The notes under the pieces are model-generated. The model was not told where the DNA came from, did no database searches, and worked only from the letters and a program-made list of their open reading frames with translations. The translations under genes and the position numbers were made by a program. From contig OX597818.1 in NCBI GenBank assembly GCA_951406725.2, positions 16,802,001-16,866,000 of the forward strand: DNA of 64,000 nucleotides, written 5' to 3'. This document shows positions 51,713 to 64,000 of this stretch, in pieces (the stretch's first letter is position 1; every line of letters begins with the position of its first letter). The stretch comes from Octopus vulgaris (lineage: Eukaryota).

Positions 51713-52344
51713 ATTCCTTTATCAAACTCATGAAGACAAAATCGAAACAATTTTGATTTTGTCTTGAGTTTGATAAACGAATGAAAATGCTAATAAAGAA
51801 TTATTCAAAATTCTGACTGCCTCCTTTTTCTCAATATATGTGAATACACACACACACGCTGATAAGCATCACTTTTTTCCTGTATGTGCACATAAGCATG
51901 TATATATTTGTGTGCAGTGCATGTTTCCAAGTGTTTTAGTAGATAGTATTAAACTAGCATTTACTTTAGTTTTACTTTACTTCTAAATTACAGGACATGT
52001 TGAGACACACATAAAGACAGGTACACTTACATGCACACACACACACACACACCCAAACACACAATGCTTGTGTGTGTGGTGATGGGAGGGGGTACTTATA
52101 TGTATAGCTGTTATGGTTCAAAGAATTGTATTGATATAAATGTATTCATGTGAATAATGGAAAGAATGCAGAAACAGAAGGACACAACCATAGACACAAA
52201 GCTAAAAATGGAAAATATGCAAATGATGTCGATGATGATGGGTTGGTGGTAGTGATTGACAATGATCACCACCACCACATATTTGAAAATTAAAAGTGCC
52301 TCACAGCCACCCACGTGGGATCATGAAATATTATTCAGTCTTAA

Positions 52345-52563
52345 CCCTTTAGCATTTAAACCGGCCATATCCAGCCAAAAGTATTCTGCCTGTTTTATGT
52401 TCAAACTGGCCAGATCTGGTCTCTCATACCAACCCTACAATATCGTTTTAAAAATTAACAGCTACCTCATCAAAATCTCATAGCTACAAGATAAAGCATG
52501 ATTAGTTCAAAACAATGTGGATGAAGAAGCATTAATTGGCAGAATAATGCGAACACTAAAGGG
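52345..52563 (+). mobile_element. piggyBac-type MITE (~220 bp)
   Basis: TTAA-CCCTTTAG...CTAAAGGG-TTAA. Homologues at 22635-22855, ~24310-24520, ~40563-40768 (inverted) and 57970-58683. Confidence 0.85.
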
Positions 52564-52671
52564 TTAAGGCAGTAAAGATTACCTTCACAGGTACTTCTTT
52601 TGGTATCAACAATTGAAGATTAGCTAGCTCTTGATTAATTTCTCACAATTCAGAGTTAGAATATATAGTTT

Positions 52672-53258
52672 TGTAACAAACTTAGTGTGAGTGAATATCT
52701 TGTCTTGTACTTTCGGGGTACAAGAAAGCAATCACTAGCCGTTGCTTTAATATCCAGAATTCTACTAGTCAGAAACAACAAGACGCAGACGTAAAATATA
52801 TATATACTACTTTATTCTCTTTCTTGGTAACAATAACAATAAGTGTGTTATCTGATGTCCTTGGTTCGGGCGCGCAAGGCTGAAAGTTAATCGATTGTAA
52901 TATTTACAATATTCAGCCGCCAAAACAGAACGGGTTCAAGATGGCGTCGAACAGGGAAGATGATGTCTGCAACAATCCAGGTTAAAGGCCTTTTGGTAAG
53001 GACTGCTAGAAGCAAGTTCGAACGGAGAGAAAATATGCGTGACCGTCTCCTTCAATCGCTGCTGTCCCCAAGTCGCCGCTGCTGCTGCTAGCGGTCGAAC
53101 GTTCTACGACCCCCTTTCCTCGCTAACTACCACGTAGGCAAAAGGGTCGTGCTTCCGGTGGTTCGCGCCCTTCCTTTCTCTGCCTTGGTGAAGGCACCAA
53201 CACGCGCGAAATAGAAAATGGACGGTGCGCGCGCGCGCACCGTTATAGTATCACTACA
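52672..53258 (-). mobile_element. Solo LTR (probably Gypsy/Ty3), young and CpG-rich
   Basis: TGTA...TACA termini and 4-bp TSD GTTT on both sides. AATAAA on the minus strand about 140 nt from its 3' end. High CpG content against a CpG-depleted background. No internal gag/pol. Confidence 0.8.
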
Positions 53259-53411
53259 GTTTCATATATTGACTTGTTAATCCTGGAATTGTCTTTATGT
53301 CTCTATTATAAATCCTAGCCATGTTGAGATAGTGAAGTTGTGTTTTGTTCATCAATATGTATGAAAGTATATCTGCATTGTGTGTACCCACTGTTAAAAG
53401 TATGCTTAGTA

Positions 53412-53573
53412 GGCGCAGGAGTGGCTGTGTAGCTTGTTTACCAACCACATGGCTCCGGGTTCATTCCCACTGTGTGGCACCTTGGGCAAGTGTCTTCTAC
53501 TATAGCGTCGGGCCAACCAAAGCCTTGTGAGTGGATTTGGTAGATGGAAACTGAAAGAAGCCCATCGTATATA

Positions 53574-53640
<67 letters not shown>

Positions 53641-53851
53641 ACATGTTTGTGTCTGTGTTTGTACTCCCAACATTGCTTGACAACTTATGGTGGTGTGTTT
53701 ACGTCCCCGTAACTTAGCGGTTTGGCTAAAGAGACTGATAGAATAAGTCCTAGGCTTCCAAAGAATAAGTCCTAGGGTTGATTTGCTCGACTAAAAGGCG
53801 GTGCTCCAGCATGGCTGCAGTCAAATGACTGAAACAAGTAAAAGAGTAAAA
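53412..53851 (+). mobile_element. SINE family A copy
   Basis: Colinear with 19926-20347. Confidence 0.9.
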
Positions 53852-56800
53852 GGGTATGACCATAATAATATTTTGAATAGGATTGAGGACATTTTTGTGC
53901 TGTACATAGGTCCTTTTGTGAGATATGTAGCATCAAAGGCAGGATGTGTGTTACGTTGAGATGGTGGGTTTAAAATATTTTTGTTATTGGTCTTAGTTCA
54001 TGGCAGTAAGTAACTAAGTTTTCGGTACAACTGTAACTAACTTTGATATTTTTTTTTTTAAGAAATTTATGATAAGAATGATTGTGGGAAGTGTTTGTGC
54101 ATAAGGTATGTATGTAAAGCTTGTGGTTATTTTGTATGGCACATTTAAACTAAGTAGGAATATATGGTTGTTGTGGTAAACCAAATATTTTTCTCTTCCT
54201 ATTTTTTTACCTGTCTTTATAATGAATTAGTGAATTCTGTATCTTGGCCAACTAAATTTATACTTGTGAAATTCACCTTTTAAGTGACTGAGTATTTTAC
54301 AGACACCTGTCTACTTAATGCACTTCTCAGGCCAGATTTGCATTTATCAGTAGAATAAGATTTGTCCATGTTGAGTTGGAACTTAATCAGCCCCAAAACA
54401 ACACAAGGACAAGCTGACCATAATGAGATTTGAACTCGTAATGTAGAAAGCTAGAACAAATACTGTAAAGTATTCCATCCAATTGTCTAACAATTCTGCC
54501 ATTTCACCACCATTTCACCTTGTTTTTGTATAATGTTATGATGATAGATATGCCATGTTTTTGTTGATTTTTTTTCCTTAAATTCCTTACTTTTTAATAC
54601 ATCATTATAATGATCTGCAATTGTTACTAAAGTATTTTTTTTTTATATATAACTATGGAGAGTGGGTAGTTTACAGTTGTAATGTAATATTTCATAAGGT
54701 TTTCTGTATGGGTGCTATTTTCTAATTTTTAAGTCAAAAGTTATGCCTAGGAAATTTTACAGCAGCTATATGTTAGTCTTGCTGATAATATACATCTACA
54801 CAAACACACACACGCACGCACACTCACATGCGTATGCATAGCTCATAACAGGGTTTTGAATAAGGAAGACAGTTTGGAGACTACCTATGGTAAAATAAAT
54901 ATATACCCACAGCTTCATTACTTGAGTTTCATGTGAACATCAGCGTTGAGTAGTGATGTTATAAAATTTTAAATTCTAGCACACACACACACACGCGCAC
55001 ACACAAGTATGCATTCACGTAGATGCATATTTACATACATTCATACAAATATATACACCTCAATCTTACTAATGCTTTACCCTTGTTCAGAAACAGAACA
55101 TACACACATACATGTAACAAGAGTAATCTCATTGACAACACCATCTCCAACTAGTTTCTGCTCTCTACAAGTCTTTTGGCCTTCAGACCATTCCAGTGTT
55201 AAAAGAGCCAATATTAGCTGCAAGCATCAAATTTAACTATATGTCTTCCATTTCATTGATTAGACACAAATCAGGCTGTGAGGAGTAAAGATGATGTTGC
55301 TGGGTGGGTGGTGGTGGTGTTAATGTTGGTGATATGATACTGTTAATAATGGTGCCAAAGATATTAGTGGTCGTGGTTGATACTTCACACCCTGGTTGAT
55401 ATTGCTTTCTTTCATGTAAAGTTTAGAAAAAGATACTCCAGTCTCCATTCTAGAAATTAAAAAGTGAATCTATGTTAAAATGAGCCTTCTTTTGTTTTAC
55501 TGATTACTATTGTTGTTGCTGTTCTTGGGAAAGCATCAGTGCCACAACTTCCTCCTTTTTATTTAAAGGTGTTATTGTTCAGGGCTCCATTTATTTCTTG
55601 GATTGTTGGTATATACTGATTGAATTCTGACCTACTTTCTGTCGACTCTGTGCCTCAAGGTTCAGCTTTGTCCCCAAAACTCTTTCTCTTATATATATAA
55701 TCTCTGGCAACATCAATTCCTTTGTAGATAATCGTTTTTTTTTTTTCTTGAAACCTTCTGTACCCAAGCATCATAGACAGGCAACATAGACATTTATTGC
55801 CAAATTTTCACTGATTCCTTGGACAGAAACTCAAGAAACTCCAATGGGATTCCGCCAATATTGTCCTCTTTGACAGCACAATCACTACATATATCGAGCA
55901 ATATGAATGCCATACAACTAAAAACCTTCAAAGTTAGTACAAATGTTAACCCTCAGTATTACTGAGGTTCTTTCATGGCTATCTCACATCCTCGACATGT
56001 GAAAGAATGCATTAAAAGATTGGGCCTTCCTCAGACCCAGAAAATATTTCGCCATCCAGCAATTTCTAAACTTTGTTCAAAGTAGAAGTGAAACACACTA
56101 AAGGTGACCTCAGCAGGATTTGAACTTGGAACATAAAGAGCCAGAAGAAATACTGCATAACGTTTTGTCAAGAGCTTCTCACTAATAACAATAAATCAAA
56201 CCTGCTTCTCACTAGTAACAATGAATCAAACTCAGTTTGAACGTCTGTCTATTTATTTCTTGCACCCACTCATAAGGACATCTGAAGAGATGAAACTTAT
56301 TTTACTATCAAAAGATGTGTCACTCATAGTCTGTGTAGGCTGGTGAAGTTAATAAGGTTGATATACATCATGAAAAATGTGGGCAGACAAAGTGTTCTAA
56401 GAAGGATTGAAAAAAGTGTTTATTGTGGACTGAGTCAGAACAAATAGTGAAAAGGAGAGTCAGATATATCAATTAGGACTCATGTACAGTGCACATGTAA
56501 CTTTCAGTGCTGAGTAATATAGAAAGCATTTACAGCTTTAGGAGAATACAGTATTTTTGTGCATTTATATCTGTAATGTTTGGTGAGAGAAGGCTTACCA
56601 ATCACTGAATTGTATATTGTGGGTGGTGGAGATCTGAGGTGTGTATGTGTGCCTAGCAGATATGATGTTCTGGATTTGATTCAGTTTTGCTGCATTTTAG
56701 CAAGTGTCTTCTAGTATGCACTCAGGTCAACCCAAAGTTTGTCAGTGAAATTGTGTAGACAGAATCTGTGCAAAACTCATTAAAAGGACTGTACCTGTAA

Positions 56801-58125
56801 TTCAATGAGCCAGCCATGTCATATGCTCTGTCATTGTCGATTTTTACTCGAGGTTTACATTAATGGTACAATTCAATGTGTTGGTAATTGTGTTGACAGA
56901 ACAACTGGAACGCTTGTAGAGGAACAAGCAGTGGAGCTATTTACATACTTTTGCTTTTGTATTATCTGATTAAAAGAAAAAAAAAAACAAGAAGAAAATC
57001 TTTTAACTCTTAACTTCCTGTACAACTGAGTATTGCACAAGACTATGTTAGTCAGCCACTTCTGAAACATATATCACATCACAGGAATCATGCTGTGTTA
57101 ACATTCATCTTGAATGAATGAGGAGCTTTCTAAATGTAACAGGAAAAAAAAACCTACACCTCTTTCTTTAATCATTCATTTCTATTCTGTAACAGAATCA
57201 CTGCTTCTCTGGGATTTTTACCTAGAAAATTTTCAGCAAGATGATAAGAGTTAATACAGAAGCAGTAATTATGTCAAAACATTGTGGATACACAATGTTA
57301 GTCAGCTTTGTTTGGACAGACATGTGTTGTAATGATTGCTGATTGAATGCTTAGGAACAACTATGAGTATCCAGTACCATGTATGCGTTGATATATATAA
57401 TGTACATTAATGCTATCTGGAGTCAAATTTTTCTGAATGATCTGTATTTTGCCTGAGGCCATTGATATTTACTGTCAGGCTTTCACTTAGAATATTTATC
57501 CTTTTTTATTTTTTTTTTTTTTGGCCGTTACATGATGGAAATGATGTGACTCTTTAGAACACAGTTTCCTGGTCATGGAGAAGTCAATGGAGAGTTTAGC
57601 AAGAAGTAGCAATATAAATATGTTAATTATATGAAAGTGCATTTTTTAGTCATTCTTGTATTTGAATCTGCATTTGTGATTTTATTGTATATGCACAGCA
57701 TATTCCCAAAGGTAGGGAAATCCTTTATGAACAGTAAAAATGGCCACCATGAGAATATGTCTTTATAGGAAATTGCAGAGGAATTTGACCTAAACAAGAT
57801 TTTGGTTAAGATAAAATTTTCTGACCATTATTTGTGATGTCTGATGGATTTAGTGTTGTCAAACCTTGCAGTGGCAGTTTTATTGTTTGTTTAATCTCTT
57901 CTGAAATTTAACTTTTTCAGAGGAAGAAGAAGATTAACAAAGATACAGTGGAGTGACAGGGTCATTAACCTTTTAGCATTTTAACCGGCCATATCTGTCC
58001 AAGATATTCTACCTATTTTTATGTTCAAACTGGTCAGATCTGGCCTCTTAAACCAACCCAGCAATTAAGTTAGCTTATCAAAATCTGAAAGCTACAAAAT
58101 GATGCATGATTAATACAAAACAATG

Positions 58126-58590
58126 GCCTCATGGAAGTAATGACAAGTGACTAAGACCTTTGGCAATATGTCATGCTTGAGAAGACACATGAAGCCAAGT
58201 GAAATCATAGTTGAGGCTGATGCTGGTGTCTCATGACTGGTACCTATGCTGGTGGCACGTAAAAAGCACCCTTCGAACATTGGGCCTCATGGAGGCAATG
58301 ATAAGTGACCGAAACCTTTGGTGCTATGCTGTGCTTCAGAAGACCCATCAAGCCAAGCGAAATTGTAGTTGTGGCCGATGCTGGTATCACGTAACTGGCA
58401 CACATACTGGTGGTATGTTAAAAGCATCCATTACACTCTTGGAGTGGTTGGCATTAGGAAGGGCATCCAGCCATAGAAACCATGCCAAATCAGAGTGGAA
58501 CCTGGTGTAGCCCTCTAACTTATCAGTTTCAGTCAAACCTTCTAGCTCATACCAACATGAAAAGCAAATGCTAAATGATGATGGTGATGA
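58126..58590 (+). mobile_element. Family C retroposon nested in a piggyBac MITE (57970-58683)
   Basis: Tandem ~140-bp units followed by the family C 3' end. The MITE resumes afterwards to aaagggTTAA. Confidence 0.75.
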
Positions 58591-58834
58591 ATGTGAATAA
58601 ATAGTTTTGACAGAGTTATTTGAATGCTAAAGAATAATGTGAATGCTAAATAGTTTTGACAGAATAATGTGAATTCTAAAGGGTTAAAGCATTAGAGAAA
58701 ATGGCCTTCTGTATTGTTCAGGCTCTTTATTTTCTGATATCAAATCCTGTCAAGATAAATTTTTAAGCTGGTCCCCTAGCGTGGCGACACTTCAATGACT
58801 GAAACAATTAAACAAATAAAAGAAAATAATATTT

Positions 58835-59012
58835 ATGTAGTAAAAAGTACCCACTACACTCTCGGAGTGGTTGGCATTAGGAAGGGCATCCAGCTGTAGA
58901 AACTCTGCCAGATCAAGACTGGAGCCTGGTGCAGCCATCTGGTTGCCAGCCCTCAATCAAAATCGTCCAACTCATGCTAGCATGGAAAATGGACGTTAAA
59001 TGATGATGATGA
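58835..59012 (+). mobile_element. Family C retroposon 3' fragment
   Basis: Homologous to 3730-3913, with a (GAT)n tail. Confidence 0.8.
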
Positions 59013-59569
59013 TCCCCTGACATGTGAAGTATATTTCAACGGTTCCCCAAGAGCAAACAACCCCAACAGTAAACAATTTAGGAAACCCTGCTTCAGAAAC
59101 TTCTTCCAGTGGTTCGCTAACTGATGACTAAGGGTGAATGGTTGAGGCACCCAAGTACTGCACAACCATCTGATGATTTTACAGTTCTTGTCACTTGTTG
59201 TATCTTATATTTATGTATCTTATATCCATTTAACTATCAGCAGCCAAGCCTTATCAAAAAGCAGGTCCTACAGACTGATTTATACAGCAGCAGCAACACC
59301 AATGATATTGAATCCTAATGATTTATTGTTGACCAAGTAATCAGTTATGATAGTGGATTATCTGGATTGTTGGCAGCAATGGACTGACATTTGAGTGTCT
59401 TTAGCAGACAGTGGGAATGTGCTGAATGGGACAATTCACACTCTGCATGTGTGTGTTTAGGGCCTGGGTTTATATCCATATTCCTTATATTATTTTTAAG
59501 CAATATGAAAATACATCTTTATATATATCTTCCTGTTCCATGTGACTGCAATCAATGTTTCACCATTGA

Positions 59570-59676
59570 CACTACCATCACTACTACTACTACTACTACT
59601 ATTACTACTACTACTACTACTACTACTACCACTACCACCACTACTACTGTTGCTGCTGCTGTTACTGCTGCTGCTG

Positions 59677-59717
<41 letters not shown>
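59570..59717. repeat. (CTA)n/(CTG)n compound trinucleotide repeat
   Basis: Read directly from the sequence. Explains the poly-T/L/S/V ORFs here. Confidence 0.95.
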
Positions 59718-60244
59718 GTCATTCTCTGCATCACAGGCCATGCCAGCCACTCCTGTTGCTTCCACAGTACAATATGGTGATAAGGACAAGCTTGTCGGAC
59801 CATGCAAAGCAGAATGGGAACTCTGCCTGGCTCCCAACTGATTTCTCTTGATGCTTGTTGCCTCTATTGATTGGTTTGTCAGTGTAGGTTCTTGCTGTTG
59901 CCATAGTTACCACAGTGATACAGAGCTTAGATTAGCTGCTGTTGCCATGACTACTGCTGTTGCTGCTGCTGCTGCAGTGAGTGAATCTAGTTCAGTTCAT
60001 TGATACGAAGAGTGTGGGTAGGGGGGCGGTTTCAAACGCTCGTGCATGTACATGCACGCACGCATGTAAGTGGATATACTGGCATAAATAGTAGTTGCAT
60101 GACTTACACACATACACATATGTGTGTGGATGTGTGGTTCTCTGTTTTTATAGCCCTTGATTTAAACAGCTATTTCACAATGTCTAATTATCTATACTTT
60201 TATCTCTGTCATTATCTATCTAATTATCAACTTACATATCTCTC

Positions 60245-60278
60245 TCATATATATATATATATATATAACCCATTCATT

Positions 60279-60326
<48 letters not shown>

Positions 60327-60487
60327 CCCATCCATTTAGTGTGTGTGTGTGTGCGTGTATATATATATATTGACCCATTTGTGTACATGCGTGTATGTGA
60401 ATGTATAAATATTTATATATGTATATAGATCCATTCGTGTATCTGTGAATGTATGAACATTTATGTGTGTGTGTGTGTGTGTGTGTA

Positions 60488-60521
<34 letters not shown>

Positions 60522-60560
60522 GATAGATAGATAGATCCATGTATGTGTGTGGGTATTTAG
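60245..60560. repeat. Higher-order compound (TG)n(TA)n repeat with a recurring ccat anchor
   Basis: About five units of ccat..(TG)n(TA)n starting near 60270, 60327, 60375, 60431 and 60537. Confidence 0.7.
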
Positions 60561-60609
60561 CTATGTATTTATATACGCAGATACAGTCAGAGAAATTGGA
60601 AGTGCATTG

Positions 60610-61255
60610 CACCGCACCACACCATGCCTCACCTCACCTCACATCACAAACAATCTGCAACACCAAAACATACCACCATACTATACTATACCACGTCCAC
60701 CACACCACACCATATACAAACCACAACCACACCTCCACTAGTGATGGTCATGAACAATCCATTGTTTTTAGTTTGGACTATTCACCAACTATTCATTGTA
60801 TGCAGTTTAATAGAACCTTTAATAGTGAAAGATAACCTAGGTGGCAGAGAAGGCGGTGGCTGTGATGGTGGCGGCTGTGATGGTGCTGATGGTTGTGTTG
60901 GACTATAGGTGATGATGCAGATTGTAGTAGTGGTCCTGATAATCTGTGCCAATGGTTTGGTTGTGGTGGTGCTGGAGACGCAGGTCATGAGATTGGTGAG
61001 GAAGATGGCAGTGATGATGGGGTTGATGATAGTTGTGTTGGTCAATGTGGTAGTAGTGTTGGAGATGGTGACAGTAGTGTGTTGATGATGGTCACAGCAT
61101 TGGTATTGATACCACTTGTTGTGATTGTAGTGATGTTAGTGACAGCATTGTGTTAATAGTGGTGTTTATAATGATGGCACTGTTGTGCAGGTGGTGATTA
61201 TAATGGTATTGGTGCCTGTAGTGGTGGTGTTGGTCATGATGGTATAGTGGTATTA
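60610..61255. repeat. Degenerate (CACCA)n and (GGT/GAT)n low-complexity tract
   Basis: Read directly from the sequence. Confidence 0.75.
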
Positions 61256-61497
61256 AGCTCTTTATTGTTCTAAATCCTATGTAACCATTCTTAATGTCAC
61301 ATCTGTCAATGTTAATGGTTTATCTCAATTCGCCTATTTCTCTATCTCTGACTGACCATATAGTTTTTTGCGATATGATTGGTAGGTTGCTTCTGGAAGA
61401 AATGAATGTATGGTAAAGAGATCAGATAGCCACCAGTCTGTGGGTGTTATTTCAATTATATAAATACATTAAAAAAAAAATAACAAAAGAAGAACAT

Positions 61498-61834
61498 ACA
61501 CTGCGTGGCATCTTGGGCAAGTGTCTTCGGCTATAGCCCCGGGCCGACCAATGCCTTGTGAGTGGATTTGGTAGATGGAAACTGCAAGAAGCCTGTCCTA
61601 TATATGTATATATATATGTGTGTGTGTGTGTGTGTATGTTTGTGTGTCTGTCCCCCTAGCATTGCTTGACAACCGATGCTGGTGTGTTTACGTCCCCGTC
61701 ACTTAGCGGTTCGGCAAAAGAGACCGATAGAATAAGTACTGGGCTTACAAAGAATAAGTCCCGGGGTTGATTTGCTCGACTAAAGGCGGTGCTCCAGCAT
61801 GGCCGCAGTCAAATGACTGAAACAAGTAAAAGAG
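61498..61834 (+). mobile_element. SINE family A copy (5'-truncated, young)
   Basis: Close to the family consensus, with CpGs retained. Confidence 0.9.
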
Positions 61835-62384
61835 TATTGAATGTTTTTTATGGTGTAGCTCATGCATGGGCCACTTTTTTGAGAAGTGGATTGTATGAGA
61901 TATGGCTCATCATGAGTTAAACCACACTACTAAAATAAATTCAAGATAATTTTTTTATTGTCATGCCATTGAAAAAGCTTTATAGGCCAGAGTTTGCTCA
62001 GGACTTGTCTAGCTGAATGGATCTCAGACTGACAAATACTAACCCTCCATGCCCACAAATAGTAGTGAGGATTTTTGTGTACCCATCTTTTATTTATGAG
62101 AAAACAAAATTGAATTTATCATGACTACATTATTGGACAAGTTCAAAAAAGTTTAAAACTGTTTTAATTTTATTAAATATAGTAATTTGTTCACCTTATT
62201 CTATCCTCATAGACCCTCCTTCTTCAAGTCAGTCCTGATATAACAAACCTATGATCAAAGATACAGCCATTATCATTGTATTTTTTTAAAATTTAGACAT
62301 TATATATCTAAGACTATTTCATCCAATAGGTCCTTCAGTTTTCAAGCGGGTAGCATGGGATTTTAGGAAAATTTATCTACATGA

Positions 62385-62718
62385 GTAAGAAACTTTTTTC
62401 CTAACCATATGGTCTTGCATCAATCCTACTGTGCAACACCTTGGTCAAGTGTCTTCCACTGTAGCCGTGAGAAGATTTGGTAAACGGAAACTAGAAGAAA
62501 TAGTCATGTGTATGTGTTTATTTCGTGTTCATCTTTGGTACCGCTTGACAACTGGTGTTGGTTTGTTTACATCACTGTAACTTAGTAGTTTAGCAAAAGA
62601 GACTGATAGAATAAATATACGAAATTAAGTAGTGAGGTTGATCTATTCAACTAAAACCCTTCAAGGCTGTGCCCCAGCATGGCCACAGTCTAATGACTGA
62701 AACAAGCAAAAGATAAAA
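62385..62718 (+). mobile_element. SINE family A copy (old)
   Basis: Diverged but colinear with family A. Confidence 0.75.
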
Positions 62719-64000
62719 ATAAAGTGCATTTCTGAAAAACTGAGTGACCACATTCTGTCCTCTTAATTGGTTCATGATTGTGTTGATACTCTACTGTTGT
62801 TGAGTAATCCCAGTTGTCTGTGTTTGAGCAGATCTGTACAGATTTAGCCAATTAAATTAAATATTTTATTTCTGTTTCTATCCATGACCACCCTGTCAGT
62901 ATTGTCATATAATTTAAAACTTTTGAAATGTGTGCTGCTAGTTGTATGAGGGGAAATTTGGCAGCTACATTTTATTGCAGGTTGAGTGACATCATGGAAG
63001 TTTCTCAACTGGTTTGTTTTATGATTGTATTTGTGTTGTAGAATAGTAATTTTATCTCATATTATAGAAGTATAAAAGTTTTGTTGTATGGTTTTGGTCA
63101 TCTCATGGTTATAGTGGACAACACTAATCCACTAAAACTTGACAACTGCTGCTGAAAATAAAGCGAGATTACTGTCTATTCTGCATTCAAAATGGTAGGA
63201 TCTTCTTAAATTCCCATTTCTAGACCATACACTTCTGATGGTGGGCTTCTGTGCTTGAAATATATAAGCGTTACCTAACTTTACATTACATATTGTTAGA
63301 AGCTCTTTGTTTTTGTTACTTAACTATATAATGAATTTATTATTTAGCTAATATGTAGATTGAAATAAAACTGCTTTAATTTTTTCTATGAAATGATTTT
63401 AATCTATAAATCTCATGTTTAATTGATGCAATTTTGCTTTTGGTGATGAAAGTGGCTAACTAATTATTTTGGTCAATTTGATTGACTGTTCATCATGATA
63501 TTTAAATTCATATATGAATTAATTTTGTCATTTATCTAGTAATGTCACTACTGTCTGGTTATTAAGATGTGTACTATTTATGCAGAGGAATTTTCATGTC
63601 AATGAAATAAAATCAAATTATGGGTATTAAACAAAATGTCTGATTAGAGTGAAGAAAATCTTGTAGCAAGCTGTTTTGGAATTTTTTTTTTTTCATCATT
63701 TAGTTGCTTCAGAAAGTCGTTACTAATTTTCTTGGAATGGTTGTTTGATGTACAGTACTCAGGCCCCTCCTCCATAGGATCCTATCAGAGGCGATCATCT
63801 TTCTGTGGATGTTACCCAATCATCTCATTTTTGGTCTACTTGCCGGTCTTGTTGGTTGACTAGGCATGAAGAATCCATCTTGCAGTTCTTTCCTGTGATG
63901 TTCTATGTCCATAGTATTGGAACTGTGACCTCAATGCAGAGAAGTAGTGGCTGAATCTGGAGAGACTCCCTGATCTCCAAGGTATACACCCTCTCTAGCA

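Noticed and set aside
52850-53245. CpG island with AAGATGGCG as a host gene promoter or first exon
   Set aside because: It lies wholly within TG...CA termini flanked by a GTTT duplication, so a solo LTR explains it better. The ATG frame is short.
55948-55969. Short palindromes (also 12599-12628 and 15881-15924)
   Set aside because: They are short and AT-rich with no associated features, as expected by chance or local slippage.
59391-59841. Overlapping poly-Thr/Leu/Ser/Val ORFs (mucin-like)
   Set aside because: They are translations of a (CTA)n/(CTG)n microsatellite with no supporting splice context.
60539-61156. Gly/Asp/Cys-rich and His/Thr-rich ORFs
   Set aside because: Degenerate trinucleotide low-complexity sequence is open in several frames by composition.

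Overview
AT-rich, repeat-dense eukaryotic genomic DNA. The SINE families, (TA)/(CA) microsatellite load and transposon set look like a coleoid cephalopod, probably Octopus (inference). The only well-supported host coding sequence is one phase-1/phase-1 Ig (V-set-like) exon at 25349-25651 (+). A plausible terminal exon at 41100-41158 would add a hydrophobic tail, so most of the window is probably intronic or intergenic. Boundary-resolved transposons: a Mariner (TA TSD), a Buster-type hAT (8-bp TSD), a Chapaev3 (TTA TSD), a piggyBac deletion derivative plus TTAA MITEs, a CpG-rich solo LTR (GTTT TSD), an RTE 3' fragment and three SINE families. The most unusual signal is a set of unrelated Penelope-type minimal hammerhead ribozyme motifs: one with a canonical core, one with a compensatory G3-C8 core, one U4C variant and several decayed copies. 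Two of them sit in long near-perfect hairpins inserted into (TA)n tracts associated with a SINE. Several other fold-back insertions are also present. Nearly all ORFs in the supplied track are repeat or microsatellite artefacts.
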